A DNA stretch of 64,000 nt. Source: an uncultured Bacteroidales bacterium. Lineage in GTDB: Bacteria; Bacteroidota; Bacteroidia; Bacteroidales; UBA7960. A program made the translations under genes and the position numbers. Below are positions 20,223-29,370 of this stretch, piece by piece (the first letter of the stretch is position 1; each line of letters starts with the position of its first letter). The notes under the pieces were generated by a model. The model did not search any database and had not been told where the DNA came from. It was given only the letters and a program-made list of their open reading frames with translations. The stretch lies in NCBI GenBank assembly GCA_964614525.1, contig CAZTPA010000009.1, positions 306 through 64,305 of the forward strand, in the 5' to 3' direction.

Positions 20223-20602
20223 AATCTTATTTTTTCAATGCGTTCTGCCCATAAATCTGCAAATTCCTTGGTGCAAAGCTTATAAAAATCCTGTTTGTAA
20301 TTGTCATATCTGGCATTTATGTTAAACGTTGATATGTCATCAAGCCATTCTTCTGTCTCTTCGTCAATTTTAAGTCCTGCATTAGTTGCAAGTCTAAGCA
20401 AATCATGGGTAAATAGCGTATGTTTTCTCTGGTACTTTACATAGTGCGCTTTTAATAATTTTTCCAGCACCAAGTGTCCCAGAAACATAGCCCAACTGTA
20501 ATCACAAGATTTCAATAGATTTTGCATTGTCTGGTAGTCTTTTTCAGACGTTTCTCTCCAATGCTGAATAATTTTATCTATATTTTCTATTTTATCTTCC
20601 AT
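20201..20602 (-). CDS. HEPN-domain protein (toxin partner of MNT)
   Basis: 133-aa helical ORF with RKHTLFTH (R-x6-H) and INARYDNY near the C-terminus, as in classic HEPN-domain proteins paired with minimal NTases. Confidence 0.7.
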   Translation of the reverse strand: MEDKIENIDKIIQHWRETSEKDYQTMQNLLKSCDYSWAMFLGHLVLEKLLKAHYVKYQRKHTLFTHDLLRLATNAGLKIDEETEEWLDDISTFNINARYDNYKQDFYKLCTKEFADLWAERIEKIRLWLIKEL

Positions 20603-20860
20603 GTTAGCAAAGATACAAGTTTTTTCTTTTAATTTAAAGTCTGGTAGGGACAGTTACCATACACGCCAACTAATTAGCATAAAAAATGCAAATAACTTAC
20701 GCATAATAAAGATCCAATTTAAAGACAAACAAATTTGTTTTAAATATAACTAAAATATAATTCTAAGTTTTACAAAATTTTTTTAAACAAAACAATAAAC
20801 TATTTTTGCAAGTTATTTGTTAATAGTAAATAACTATTGTCCGGGCAAAACTACTAGATA

Positions 20861-21011
20861 CTTCGCTTTGCTCAGAATGACAAGGCATTTTGTGTTTTTT
20901 ATGGGTGGTGGGCTGGCGGCTTCGTCGCCAGCCCACCACCCTCCCAGACATATAAAATCTTGTCATTCTGAGCGTAACGAAGTGGAGCGAAGAACCGAGC
21001 TTGCGAGCTCG
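20861..21011. repeat. GC-rich nested inverted-repeat element (box repeat family)
   Basis: Outer stem GCTCAGAATGACAAG (20870-20884) pairs with CTTGTCATTCTGAGC (20959-20973). Inner perfect 16-bp stem GGGTGGTGGGCTGGCG (20903-20918) pairs with CGCCAGCCCACCACCC (20926-20941). Tail: GGAGCGAAGAACCGAGC. Confidence 0.65.
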
Positions 21012-21194
21012 CCAAAGGCAATCTGGTTATTATGTTATCATATTAATCGGGCAATAGTGATAGTAAATATGATATATACTTCAAAAAAAAACTTAAAACT
21101 TAATGTTTTATATATACTGAATAAGTTTAAACAAAAATGAAACTTCAATATTAGCATATAAGCTACTTGAATAAATACTGACAAATCAAAAACA

Positions 21195-22085
21195 ATGAGC
21201 AATCACAAACAGATTAACAGGTATTCTATAAAAGATCTGGAAAATATTACAGGCATAAAGGCTCATACTATACGCATGTGGGAAAAAAGATATAATATAA
21301 TTTCTCCCAGCAGAACAAAAACAAACATCAGGTATTATTCCGATGAAGATTTGAAAAAACTAATGAATATTAGTACATTAAATAAAATTGGTATAAAGAT
21401 ATCTGATATTGTTCTGATGAGTTCAAAAGAAATATGCGATAAAATAATTGAACTGAACAGTACAAATGGAGTAATAATTTCTCAAATAAATGAACTAATA
21501 ATATCCGCAATAGAATTTAATGAAACGCTATTTAATAAAATCATATCAAATAGCATTATTAAGATAGGCATCGACAAAACCTATCTCACAGTAATTTTCC
21601 CTTTTCTGGAAAAAATCGGAGTGCTATGGCAGGCAGGAGCAGTTAACCCAATTCAGGAGCATTTTATTTCTAATATAATAAAACAAAAATTATTAGTTGC
21701 GATAGATAATCTTGAAGAGCCAATAAATGAAACTGAAACATTTATTCTTTTCTTGCCGGATAACGAACTACATGAAATATTACTACTTTTCTATTATTAT
21801 AAATTAAAAAAATCCGGTTATAAAGTTATTTATCTAGGCCAATCAGTTCCACTTGATGATCTAAGTTCAATAGCAGCAACTCAATTGGCAAAATATTTAC
21901 TTGTTGTATTTACTTCCGGACAAACTAGTCTAAAACTTAATCAGTATTTAAGCAAGCTGTCAAAATTGTTCTCGGAAAAAACAATTTTTATTTCAGGTTT
22001 ACAGGTAAAAGAAAAAAACATTGAAGCTTCTTCTAATATAATTCCTATTTCAACCTACGATGAAATATTGAAAAAAATCAAATAA
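21195..22085 (+). CDS. MerR-family regulator with C-terminal B12-binding-like domain (CarH/LitR-like)
   Basis: 296-aa ORF with MerR HTH YSIKDLENITGIKAHTIRMWEKRY. IGVLWQAGAVNPIQEHFIS is B12-binding_2-like. LPDNELHEILLL...GYKVIYLGQSVP compares with the canonical E-x-H-x-x-G ... LG motif. Confidence 0.65.
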   Translation: MSNHKQINRYSIKDLENITGIKAHTIRMWEKRYNIISPSRTKTNIRYYSDEDLKKLMNISTLNKIGIKISDIVLMSSKEICDKIIELNSTNGVIISQINELIISAIEFNETLFNKIISNSIIKIGIDKTYLTVIFPFLEKIGVLWQAGAVNPIQEHFISNIIKQKLLVAIDNLEEPINETETFILFLPDNELHEILLLFYYYKLKKSGYKVIYLGQSVPLDDLSSIAATQLAKYLLVVFTSGQTSLKLNQYLSKLSKLFSEKTIFISGLQVKEKNIEASSNIIPISTYDEILKKIK

Positions 22086-22403
22086 ATAAAAGCCGATACA
22101 ATTGTTAATAACATTTTTTTTAATAAGAAAATGCGCTTTCTCACTGGTAATAGTCGTCTTATTTATATCGTTTCTAAATAAAATCTTTTCTTCAATCTAT
22201 TTAACAATATTTTTTACGTTTTTTCATTCATATGTAAATATTTAAATATATCTTTACATCATAAAGCTTAGTTAAAGTGTACGATTACATGATATTAAGC
22301 AAACGTTCATAAGTTAAATAATTAAAAAATTGTAATAGCAATTGATTTTTTGTTTAACTTTATTCCATACTTTGTTAAACAACAAATAAGAAAGGAAACA
22401 CAA

Positions 22404-22913
22404 ATGACAGCAATTGAATTTAATTATAAGCTATTAAGCTTACAGAAGAACCTTAAATACTTTGCATACACATTAACATCAAATTATGATGATGCACAAG
22501 ACCTTGTTCAGGAAACATTTTTAAAAGCGATTAGTAATCGCGATAAATTTGCAGACAACACTAATCTTAAAGCCTGGACTTTCACAATAATGAAAAATAC
22601 TTTCATTAACAATTATCGTCAGAATGTTAGAAACAATACTATTCTAGACAAAACTGATGATTTGTATTACTTAAATCTTCCAAAGAGCAGCAAGGTAGGT
22701 GTACCTGACGCAGATATTTCTGTAAAAGAAATTTACAAAGAAATAAACAAAATTGATGAGGAACAGCGCAGGCCGTTTGAGATGTATCATCAGGGGTATA
22801 AATATAAAGAAATAGCTGACCACTTGAATCTAAACATTGGGACAGTGAAGAGCCGTATATTTTTTACCCGCAAGAAACTCATGGAAACATTAAAGGATTT
22901 TAATCCTGCTTAA
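22404..22913 (+). CDS. ECF-type RNA polymerase sigma-70 family factor
   Basis: The likely start is ATG 22404 (MTAIEF...); the track ORF starts at 22350. Region 2 reads DAQDLVQETFLKA, and region 4 reads YKEIADHLNLNIGTVKSRIFFTRKKL. Confidence 0.8.
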   Translation: MTAIEFNYKLLSLQKNLKYFAYTLTSNYDDAQDLVQETFLKAISNRDKFADNTNLKAWTFTIMKNTFINNYRQNVRNNTILDKTDDLYYLNLPKSSKVGVPDADISVKEIYKEINKIDEEQRRPFEMYHQGYKYKEIADHLNLNIGTVKSRIFFTRKKLMETLKDFNPA

Positions 22914-22963
22914 TGAATTTGTGTTGTTTTTTTTAGTTGGTTTGTAATTGGTTTATTAGTTTT

Positions 22964-23000
22964 GAGGTTGCCTTAATTATCTTTAGGGCAACCTCTTTTG
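22964..23000 (+). terminator. intrinsic terminator after the sigma factor gene
   Basis: GAGGTTGCC (22964-22972) pairs with GGCAACCTC (22987-22995), followed by TTTTG. Confidence 0.65.
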
Positions 23001-23066
23001 TATTCTTTAATATCTGTAGTTGTTTTTTTGTAATTTTGGCATTCAATTATTAAAACCCCACGGGGA

Positions 23067-24344
23067 ATGGAAGTATTCAAATTTGGAGGCGCCTCTTTAA
23101 ATAGTGCTGATGCAGTTAAAAATGTTGCTTTAATTATTAAGCAATATGGTGTGCAAGCTTTGCTTGTAATTGTTTCTGCTATGGGTAAAATTACAAATGA
23201 GCTTGAGATTCTCACTGAAGCTTTTATGGCTGAGGATGATGCAAGGAAAAAGCAGCTTTTAAATGATATAAAAAGTTATCATTATAGTATAATGGATAAT
23301 CTTTTTAAAAAAAACGACCTTGTATTCCTGCAAGTTGAACAAACATTCCATCACTTAGAATTATATATCAATCAAAAAGCAGGCAACAACTATAATTTTG
23401 AGTATGACAGGATAGTTTCTACAGGAGAAATTGTTTCTTCACAAATACTAAGTCATTATTTAAATAAAGTTGGAATTAATAACACTTGGTTTGATGCAAG
23501 GAAGCTCATAATAACAAATACATCTTACAGGGATGCTCAACCTGACTGGAATCAAACAACACAGTCAATAAAAAAAAACGTACTCAGTTTTTTTAACAAT
23601 AATAAAAACGAATCCGGGAAGATAATAGTAAGTCAGGGATTTATTGGCGGAACATCGCAGGGTTACACAACAACTCTCGGCAGAGAAGGATCAGATTTTT
23701 CAGCTGCCATATTCGGCTTTGCGCTGGATGCTAAAGAAGTAACTATTTGGAAAGATGTGCCCGGCTTATTAAATGCAGATCCAAAAATATTTAAAGACAC
23801 GGTTTTGCTTCCGCAAATAACTTATCAGGAAGCAATTGAATTATCATATTTTGGAGCAAAAGTTATACATCCTAAAACACTAAAACCGCTTCTTAGCAAA
23901 AATATTCCTTTAAAAATCAAATCTTTTATAAATCCCGAAAACCCGGGCACTATAATTCACGATATAGAAGGATCTACAGAGTATCCGCCCTCATATATTT
24001 TTAAATTTAATCAGGTTTTACTTTCAATAATGCCAAAAGATTTCAGTTTTATTGCAGAACATAATCTTTCTTTAATTTTTTCATCCTTCGCAAGGATTGG
24101 CGTAAAAATAAATTTAATGCAAAATTCTGCAATTAGTTTTTCGGTTTGTTTTGACAAGGACAAGACAAAAACGCCCGGTCTGATGGCTGACCTTGAGAAA
24201 AATTTCAATCTGAAATACAATGAAAATCTTGAACTTATAACAATAAGACATTATGAAAATGCTCCTATTCATAATATTATAAAAAACCGGGATATATTGC
24301 TGGAACAAAAAAACAGGATGACCTTACAGCTTGTTGTTTCCTGA
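23067..24344 (+). CDS. aspartate kinase
   Basis: 425-aa ORF: MEVFKFGGASL, VVSAMGKITN-like VIVSAMGKITNEL, TTLGREGSDFSAA, and C-terminal ACT-like repeats. Confidence 0.85.
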   Translation: MEVFKFGGASLNSADAVKNVALIIKQYGVQALLVIVSAMGKITNELEILTEAFMAEDDARKKQLLNDIKSYHYSIMDNLFKKNDLVFLQVEQTFHHLELYINQKAGNNYNFEYDRIVSTGEIVSSQILSHYLNKVGINNTWFDARKLIITNTSYRDAQPDWNQTTQSIKKNVLSFFNNNKNESGKIIVSQGFIGGTSQGYTTTLGREGSDFSAAIFGFALDAKEVTIWKDVPGLLNADPKIFKDTVLLPQITYQEAIELSYFGAKVIHPKTLKPLLSKNIPLKIKSFINPENPGTIIHDIEGSTEYPPSYIFKFNQVLLSIMPKDFSFIAEHNLSLIFSSFARIGVKINLMQNSAISFSVCFDKDKTKTPGLMADLEKNFNLKYNENLELITIRHYENAPIHNIIKNRDILLEQKNRMTLQLVVS

Positions 24345-24349
24345 GCGAA

Positions 24350-25303
24350 TTAATAGAGATCATTTATTTTATCTGCCAAAACACGAGCTAATTTAATATT
24401 AGACTCATGAGTCCAGCCGGCAATATGCGGAGATAAAACTACACGGGAATCCTTTACCAAAAAATCAAAATCTTCTTTGAGAAGTTCTTTATCTAAATCG
24501 CTAAAAGAGGAGTTCTCATATTCTAAAACATCCATAGCTGCGCCCCGTATAATATTATTTTTGAGAGCAGAAACAATATCTGCAATTTTAACCACCTTAC
24601 CCCTGCTTGTATTAATAATCCACAGCGGCTTTTTAAAATTACTCAGATAATCGATATTTACGAGGTACTTGGTTTCATTTGTTAAGGGCACGTGTAAACT
24701 AAGGATGTCTGCATTATTAAAAATTCCATCCATTGATACTTCTTTCACAATATTGGAACTAAAGCCTGATTTATACTTATCATATGCAATAACATTTGCT
24801 TCAAAACCTTTCATTCTTTGAGCAAATGCACTACCCATATTACCATATCCAATAATTCCGACTGTTTTACCTTTTATTTCATAACCTCTGTTTTCTTCCC
24901 TTTGCCATAAGCCTTTTTTAACCTGCATATCTGCTTTAATTAAATTATTAAGCAATGCAAGCAACATTCCGCATGCATGTTCGCCAACTGCATCACGGTT
25001 GCCTTCAGGAGAATTCAGGCATCTTATTCCCAAACTTTCAGCAAATTCAACATCTACATTTTCCATTCCACTGCCAACACGACCGATAAATTTCAAATGA
25101 GTTGATTGAGCAAGAATTTCTTTATCTAAGGCCATTTTACTCCTAACAATCAAACCATCAAAATCTTTAACTCTTTGAACAAGATTTTCTCTTGTAGTAT
25201 CAGGGAAATAGAAGCAATCGAAGCCGTAGGCAGTGAGTAAGTTCTCCAATTCCGGGTGCACAGAATCAAGAAATAAAACTCCGGCTTTTGATTTTTTCAA
25301 CAT
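24350..25303 (-). CDS. D-isomer-specific 2-hydroxyacid dehydrogenase (PGDH-like)
   Basis: 317-aa ORF with Rossmann motif GIIGYGNMGSAFAQR, then SLHVPLT and SPHIAGWT. Confidence 0.8.
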   Translation of the reverse strand: MLKKSKAGVLFLDSVHPELENLLTAYGFDCFYFPDTTRENLVQRVKDFDGLIVRSKMALDKEILAQSTHLKFIGRVGSGMENVDVEFAESLGIRCLNSPEGNRDAVGEHACGMLLALLNNLIKADMQVKKGLWQREENRGYEIKGKTVGIIGYGNMGSAFAQRMKGFEANVIAYDKYKSGFSSNIVKEVSMDGIFNNADILSLHVPLTNETKYLVNIDYLSNFKKPLWIINTSRGKVVKIADIVSALKNNIIRGAAMDVLEYENSSFSDLDKELLKEDFDFLVKDSRVVLSPHIAGWTHESNIKLARVLADKINDLY

Positions 25304-25304
25304 A

Positions 25305-26564
25305 TTACAGATTCATTTCATTTTTAATTTTCTCGAAATCTTTAAGAAAAGCGGCATTCGCATTTTGGCAAGAACCTCCAAGCTTTTCTGTAGAAAACTC
25401 TTTATAAAAATCAGGATTAAAATTCTCTTTAGAGCTATACATAAGTGGGATGTTGATTCTAATCCCGGCAACAGGGTTTCCTGCACGATCAAATTTTCCA
25501 ATATTTGGTTTATGATTTTTGATAAACCATGAACATACTCCAAATCTCTCATATATTTTACCCCAGGTATCACCGCTTTTCACAGAATAAATAGTATCTG
25601 GTGGAACAAACAAGGCTTTTTCTGCAGCTAAGTCTGTGTGCTCATCTACTTGTTCCTTAACCTCTTCGGATATTTTTAAATCACTCGAAGGATTTGGGTT
25701 GTGGATAAAAAGATCATATACCATATAAAAAAAGAACAAAGCTATCATACCTATAATTATCATATTTCCGATAGGATGTTTTATTATTCGAGGTAATTTA
25801 AAATTATCAGAAACAATCTTCTTTTTTTCATTTTGCACCGGGGTAAAAGATCTTTCAATATTTTCAATATTATAAAAGGTAATAAGCTGTATAGAAACAT
25901 TTTCCTTTCCACTCAACTGAGTTTCAAGATCAACAAGTCTGCTAACTTTAGTATGTAAAGGCATTGGATCGGAAAGAATAGTTTTTACTGATTTTTCCGG
26001 TATAGTTTCAAGAAACTGTTCCGAACAAATGAGTAACATATCATCGTCAACCGGAATAAAAGGATGCTCGCAAGCTGAAGGAGTAATTATCTTATCAGAA
26101 CCTAATAAAACTTGCTCTTCGTCTTCATCACCTTTTGTAGTATATGCAAGCGGATAAAGCTTTCTACCATTAAAAAAATACAAAGCATTTTCTCCAATAT
26201 TAGAAAAATACACTTTGTTATCTCTTATTAATACGCACAAACATGCTGCTTTCATGCCTTCAAAATTTTCATGTTTATATCCATATTCATGAATATAACC
26301 ACTAGCATAAACTAAGGCATTTACAACTGCTTGTGCAGGATCATCTACAAAATCATTTTCCAAATAATAAGAAACTCTCTCAAGAGCTATTTCGGCAGCT
26401 TTAGCATCTTTTTGTTCATTGCTGTATGCACTGCACAAAATCAAAGCGTAACCATTAGGAGTTTCAAAAGCTCCAACTGTTTCTCGAATTTGTTCGTTAT
26501 CTGAATATTTTTGTGAATGATAAGCGTATTCAAAGGTTTTTAATTTCCTGGTAGCCATGATCAA
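25305..26564 (-). CDS. membrane protein with PP2C-like N-domain (acidic motifs substituted), one TM helix and a C-terminal LysM domain
   Basis: 419-aa ORF. The order of blocks resembles PP2C (YSDNEQ, ILCSAYSNE, SNIGENALYFF, LLICSEQF). TM helix: MIIIGMIALFFFYMVYDLF. LysM: YSVKSGDTWGKIYERFGV. Confidence 0.5.
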   Translation of the reverse strand: MIMATRKLKTFEYAYHSQKYSDNEQIRETVGAFETPNGYALILCSAYSNEQKDAKAAEIALERVSYYLENDFVDDPAQAVVNALVYASGYIHEYGYKHENFEGMKAACLCVLIRDNKVYFSNIGENALYFFNGRKLYPLAYTTKGDEDEEQVLLGSDKIITPSACEHPFIPVDDDMLLICSEQFLETIPEKSVKTILSDPMPLHTKVSRLVDLETQLSGKENVSIQLITFYNIENIERSFTPVQNEKKKIVSDNFKLPRIIKHPIGNMIIIGMIALFFFYMVYDLFIHNPNPSSDLKISEEVKEQVDEHTDLAAEKALFVPPDTIYSVKSGDTWGKIYERFGVCSWFIKNHKPNIGKFDRAGNPVAGIRINIPLMYSSKENFNPDFYKEFSTEKLGGSCQNANAAFLKDFEKIKNEMNL

Positions 26565-26665
26565 TACGTTTTAAAGTGTCTGATCTTCAATTTTCATGTA
26601 AAATTAACAATATTACTATAATTGCAATGATAATGTTTAAAAAGAAAATCCAATCAAATGAATAT

Positions 26666-27445
26666 TTATATTAAGACTGCATTTGCAATGTCAAAGAAGA
26701 TTTCAACATCCAGTTGTTCCGGCCTTTTGCCGGGAATGCTTTCAGGCAAAACACTCCAGTCGATTTGCATTCCTTTCAATGAATTCCTGAGGGTTTTTCG
26801 ACGTTGATTAAAGGCTGTTTTTACAACAGAGAAAAGGAGTTTTTCACTGCAAGGCAATTCCATGTCTGTTTTATGCTGCATTCTAATTACAGTCGACTTC
26901 ACTTTTGGTGGCGGGATAAAAACATTTTCACTAACATGAAAAAGCCATTCAGTAGTATAAAAAGCTTTACAAAGTACGCTAAGTATGCCATATGTTTTAC
27001 TTCCCGGACCGGCACAAACCCTCATTGCAACTTCCTTTTGAAACATCCCGACCATCTCAGGTATCTGTTTATGATTTTCAAGAATCTTAAAAAGTATTTG
27101 TGTTGAAATATTATACGGAAAATTTCCAATTACTGCAAAATTCTTATTATCAAGATAATCAGCAAAATTCACTTTTAGAAAATCTTCTTCAATAATATTG
27201 TTCTCAATTTTGGGATATCTCTCTTTCAGAAAGGCGACAGAATCTCTGTCAACTTCAATTCCATACCAATTAAACATTTGCCTTTCAATTAAAATATCAG
27301 AAAGCACACCCATTCCGGGGCCAACTTCCACAACATCATTATAGTTCTCATGTCCGCTAAGGCTATCAACAATTTTTACAGCTATGTTTTTATCTTTAAG
27401 AAAATGCTGTCCCAAGCTTTTTTTCGGTTTTACAAAGCTGTCCAT
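26666..27445 (-). CDS. rsmA: 16S rRNA (adenine1518/1519-N6)-dimethyltransferase
   Basis: 259-aa ORF with KKSLGQHFL, VVEVGPGMGVLS and GNFPYNIST. Confidence 0.9.
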   Translation of the reverse strand: MDSFVKPKKSLGQHFLKDKNIAVKIVDSLSGHENYNDVVEVGPGMGVLSDILIERQMFNWYGIEVDRDSVAFLKERYPKIENNIIEEDFLKVNFADYLDNKNFAVIGNFPYNISTQILFKILENHKQIPEMVGMFQKEVAMRVCAGPGSKTYGILSVLCKAFYTTEWLFHVSENVFIPPPKVKSTVIRMQHKTDMELPCSEKLLFSVVKTAFNQRRKTLRNSLKGMQIDWSVLPESIPGKRPEQLDVEIFFDIANAVLI

Positions 27446-27466
27446 TTCAAAAATTTAGTGAATATT

Positions 27467-29299
27467 TTAATTAAGCATTCTCTCCCGCAATCTGCGAAAA
27501 TGATTTCTTGCAACAACTGCATGGATACTTCCGGGATATTCCGTCAATATCTTCTGATACAATTCAATAGCTTTTTCCGGGTCATTAAAAATTCTCTCAT
27601 TAATTTCCGCTCTTTTAAATAAAGCTTCATCAGCTAAGATATCATTAGGAAAATGCTCTACAATAAAAGCCAAAAGGCTATCTGCTACTTCATAATTTTC
27701 CTGATAAATTTTTATATCAGACTTTACAAATAAAACTTCATCAAGTATAGGATGTGTTGGAAAATTCTCTACTAAACTATCAAGTATCAGCTCAGCTTCC
27801 TTGCGCTTATTCATATAAATAAGCTTTTCTGCCTTTGAAAATTTTTCCAGAGGAGTGGTGTCTTCATCGAAATCAATATTATCCTGAATTATCAAAGACA
27901 ACTTCATGGCATCATTAGCTATTAGCTTAGATGTTGCGGATTTCAGAACATCCAGTTGAGCTTTAGCCCAATCAAATTCACCAATAAAATATGAAAGACG
28001 GGCGTTTTTAAATCTTGCTTCATGAGCAATAGGATCATCTTTAAAAGTTCTGTCCACCTCAGCATATAGCAAATTAGCATCCCAAATATCTCCAATAAGC
28101 ACAAGTATATCTGCAAGTTCAACCTGACATTCCGCCTTTACTCTTCTATTCAAAGTATTTAAAGAAATTGCATGTTGAAGTAATTCCACAGCCTCATCAC
28201 TTTTATCCAGATAAAATGCTTTCATATTTGCAAGATTTCTGAGAAGGACAACAGACTGTGCGTTAACCCCTAAATTTTCCAATGCTTTTTCATACTTTTG
28301 TTCAACAACATAGAGATTTTCTTTTTCAAAATCAAAATCAGATACTACTTTAAGAAACTCAACATCTAACATTCCTATTTGTGCATTGAGATAATGAGGA
28401 TTTTCTTTCCCCAAATTTATTACATATTGAAAACCATCAATAGCTACTTCAAAATCATTATTTGATTTGCTGAGTTTAGCCACATGCAGTACAATATCGC
28501 CACCCCTGCTTAATCTTCTGTCCAGAGCTTTTGCTTGATTTAAAGCTAATCTAAAATCTTTCTGCTGAATTGAAAGCCAAAGTAGCATTTCAGAATAAAT
28601 AAAGTTAGAAGGATTATCCTGAGTTCGTTCGATAAGAACTTTTCTAAGTGCATTATTCTTTTTAAAATCAGGATCATCGGCAACGGCATCTTGTAAAATT
28701 CCCTGAACTTCTTCAATATATGATTCTCCAAGATTGAACATGTCAACATATTCATTCATCATCGCTTCATAATCTTGTTTTTGCTTATAAATCAGTGCTA
28801 TTTGCCTGTTAAAAGGATAGTTGTCTCCAAACATATCCCTGCCTTTGAGGTATGTTTCCAAAGCATAATCATGGTATTCTCTAAATTCAAAAGCATTAGC
28901 AAGAGAGATAACGGAATTAGGGTTTTTATCCAGGTCAGAAATAAGGCCTTCAAGTAGTCTTCGGGATCGCCTTTTATTATCATCAATATCCATTATCCAA
29001 CCCAAATCAACTTCATACCTGATCTCTTGAGGAAATCGTTTGATCTGGCTCTTAACAATTTTCCGGGCTTCTTTTAAATCCTCAAGTTCAATATAGCAAT
29101 CTAAAAGTCTGTTGTAAAAAATCGGTGAATCAGGTTTGTTTTCAAAAAGCTCTTCATACAAAACAACAGCTTTATTGTACTCTCCATTTCTGAAATACTC
29201 AGCAGCAAGCTGTTCATCCATATCTTGGGCAAACACACAAATATTTGCAAAGACGAATAAAACGAGCGGAAAAGAAATTCTCATGAAAGTTTTGATCAT
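27467..29299 (-). CDS. secreted tetratricopeptide-repeat protein
   Basis: 610-aa ORF with signal peptide MIKTFMRISFPLVLFVFANICVFAQ and TPR-like units throughout. Confidence 0.65.
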   Translation of the reverse strand: MIKTFMRISFPLVLFVFANICVFAQDMDEQLAAEYFRNGEYNKAVVLYEELFENKPDSPIFYNRLLDCYIELEDLKEARKIVKSQIKRFPQEIRYEVDLGWIMDIDDNKRRSRRLLEGLISDLDKNPNSVISLANAFEFREYHDYALETYLKGRDMFGDNYPFNRQIALIYKQKQDYEAMMNEYVDMFNLGESYIEEVQGILQDAVADDPDFKKNNALRKVLIERTQDNPSNFIYSEMLLWLSIQQKDFRLALNQAKALDRRLSRGGDIVLHVAKLSKSNNDFEVAIDGFQYVINLGKENPHYLNAQIGMLDVEFLKVVSDFDFEKENLYVVEQKYEKALENLGVNAQSVVLLRNLANMKAFYLDKSDEAVELLQHAISLNTLNRRVKAECQVELADILVLIGDIWDANLLYAEVDRTFKDDPIAHEARFKNARLSYFIGEFDWAKAQLDVLKSATSKLIANDAMKLSLIIQDNIDFDEDTTPLEKFSKAEKLIYMNKRKEAELILDSLVENFPTHPILDEVLFVKSDIKIYQENYEVADSLLAFIVEHFPNDILADEALFKRAEINERIFNDPEKAIELYQKILTEYPGSIHAVVARNHFRRLRERMLN

Positions 29300-29370
29300 C
29301 TTGCTTTAAATAATTATTTAGTAAATATGATATTCTAAAAAGCTTCTATATTAAACAGGAAAGAATAGAA

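Noticed and set aside
20817-21140. 107-aa ORF on the plus strand in the HEPN-to-MerR intergenic region
   Set aside because: It is a read-through of the nested inverted-repeat element. The peptide (…GGGLAASSPAHHPP…SCHSERNEVERR…) is low-complexity, starts at a non-ATG codon, and is dictated by the palindromic DNA.
22350-22403. Upstream non-ATG start of the sigma factor ORF
   Set aside because: The 18 extra residues are not part of sigma region 2, and ATG 22404 gives a normal ECF length. This is still uncertain.
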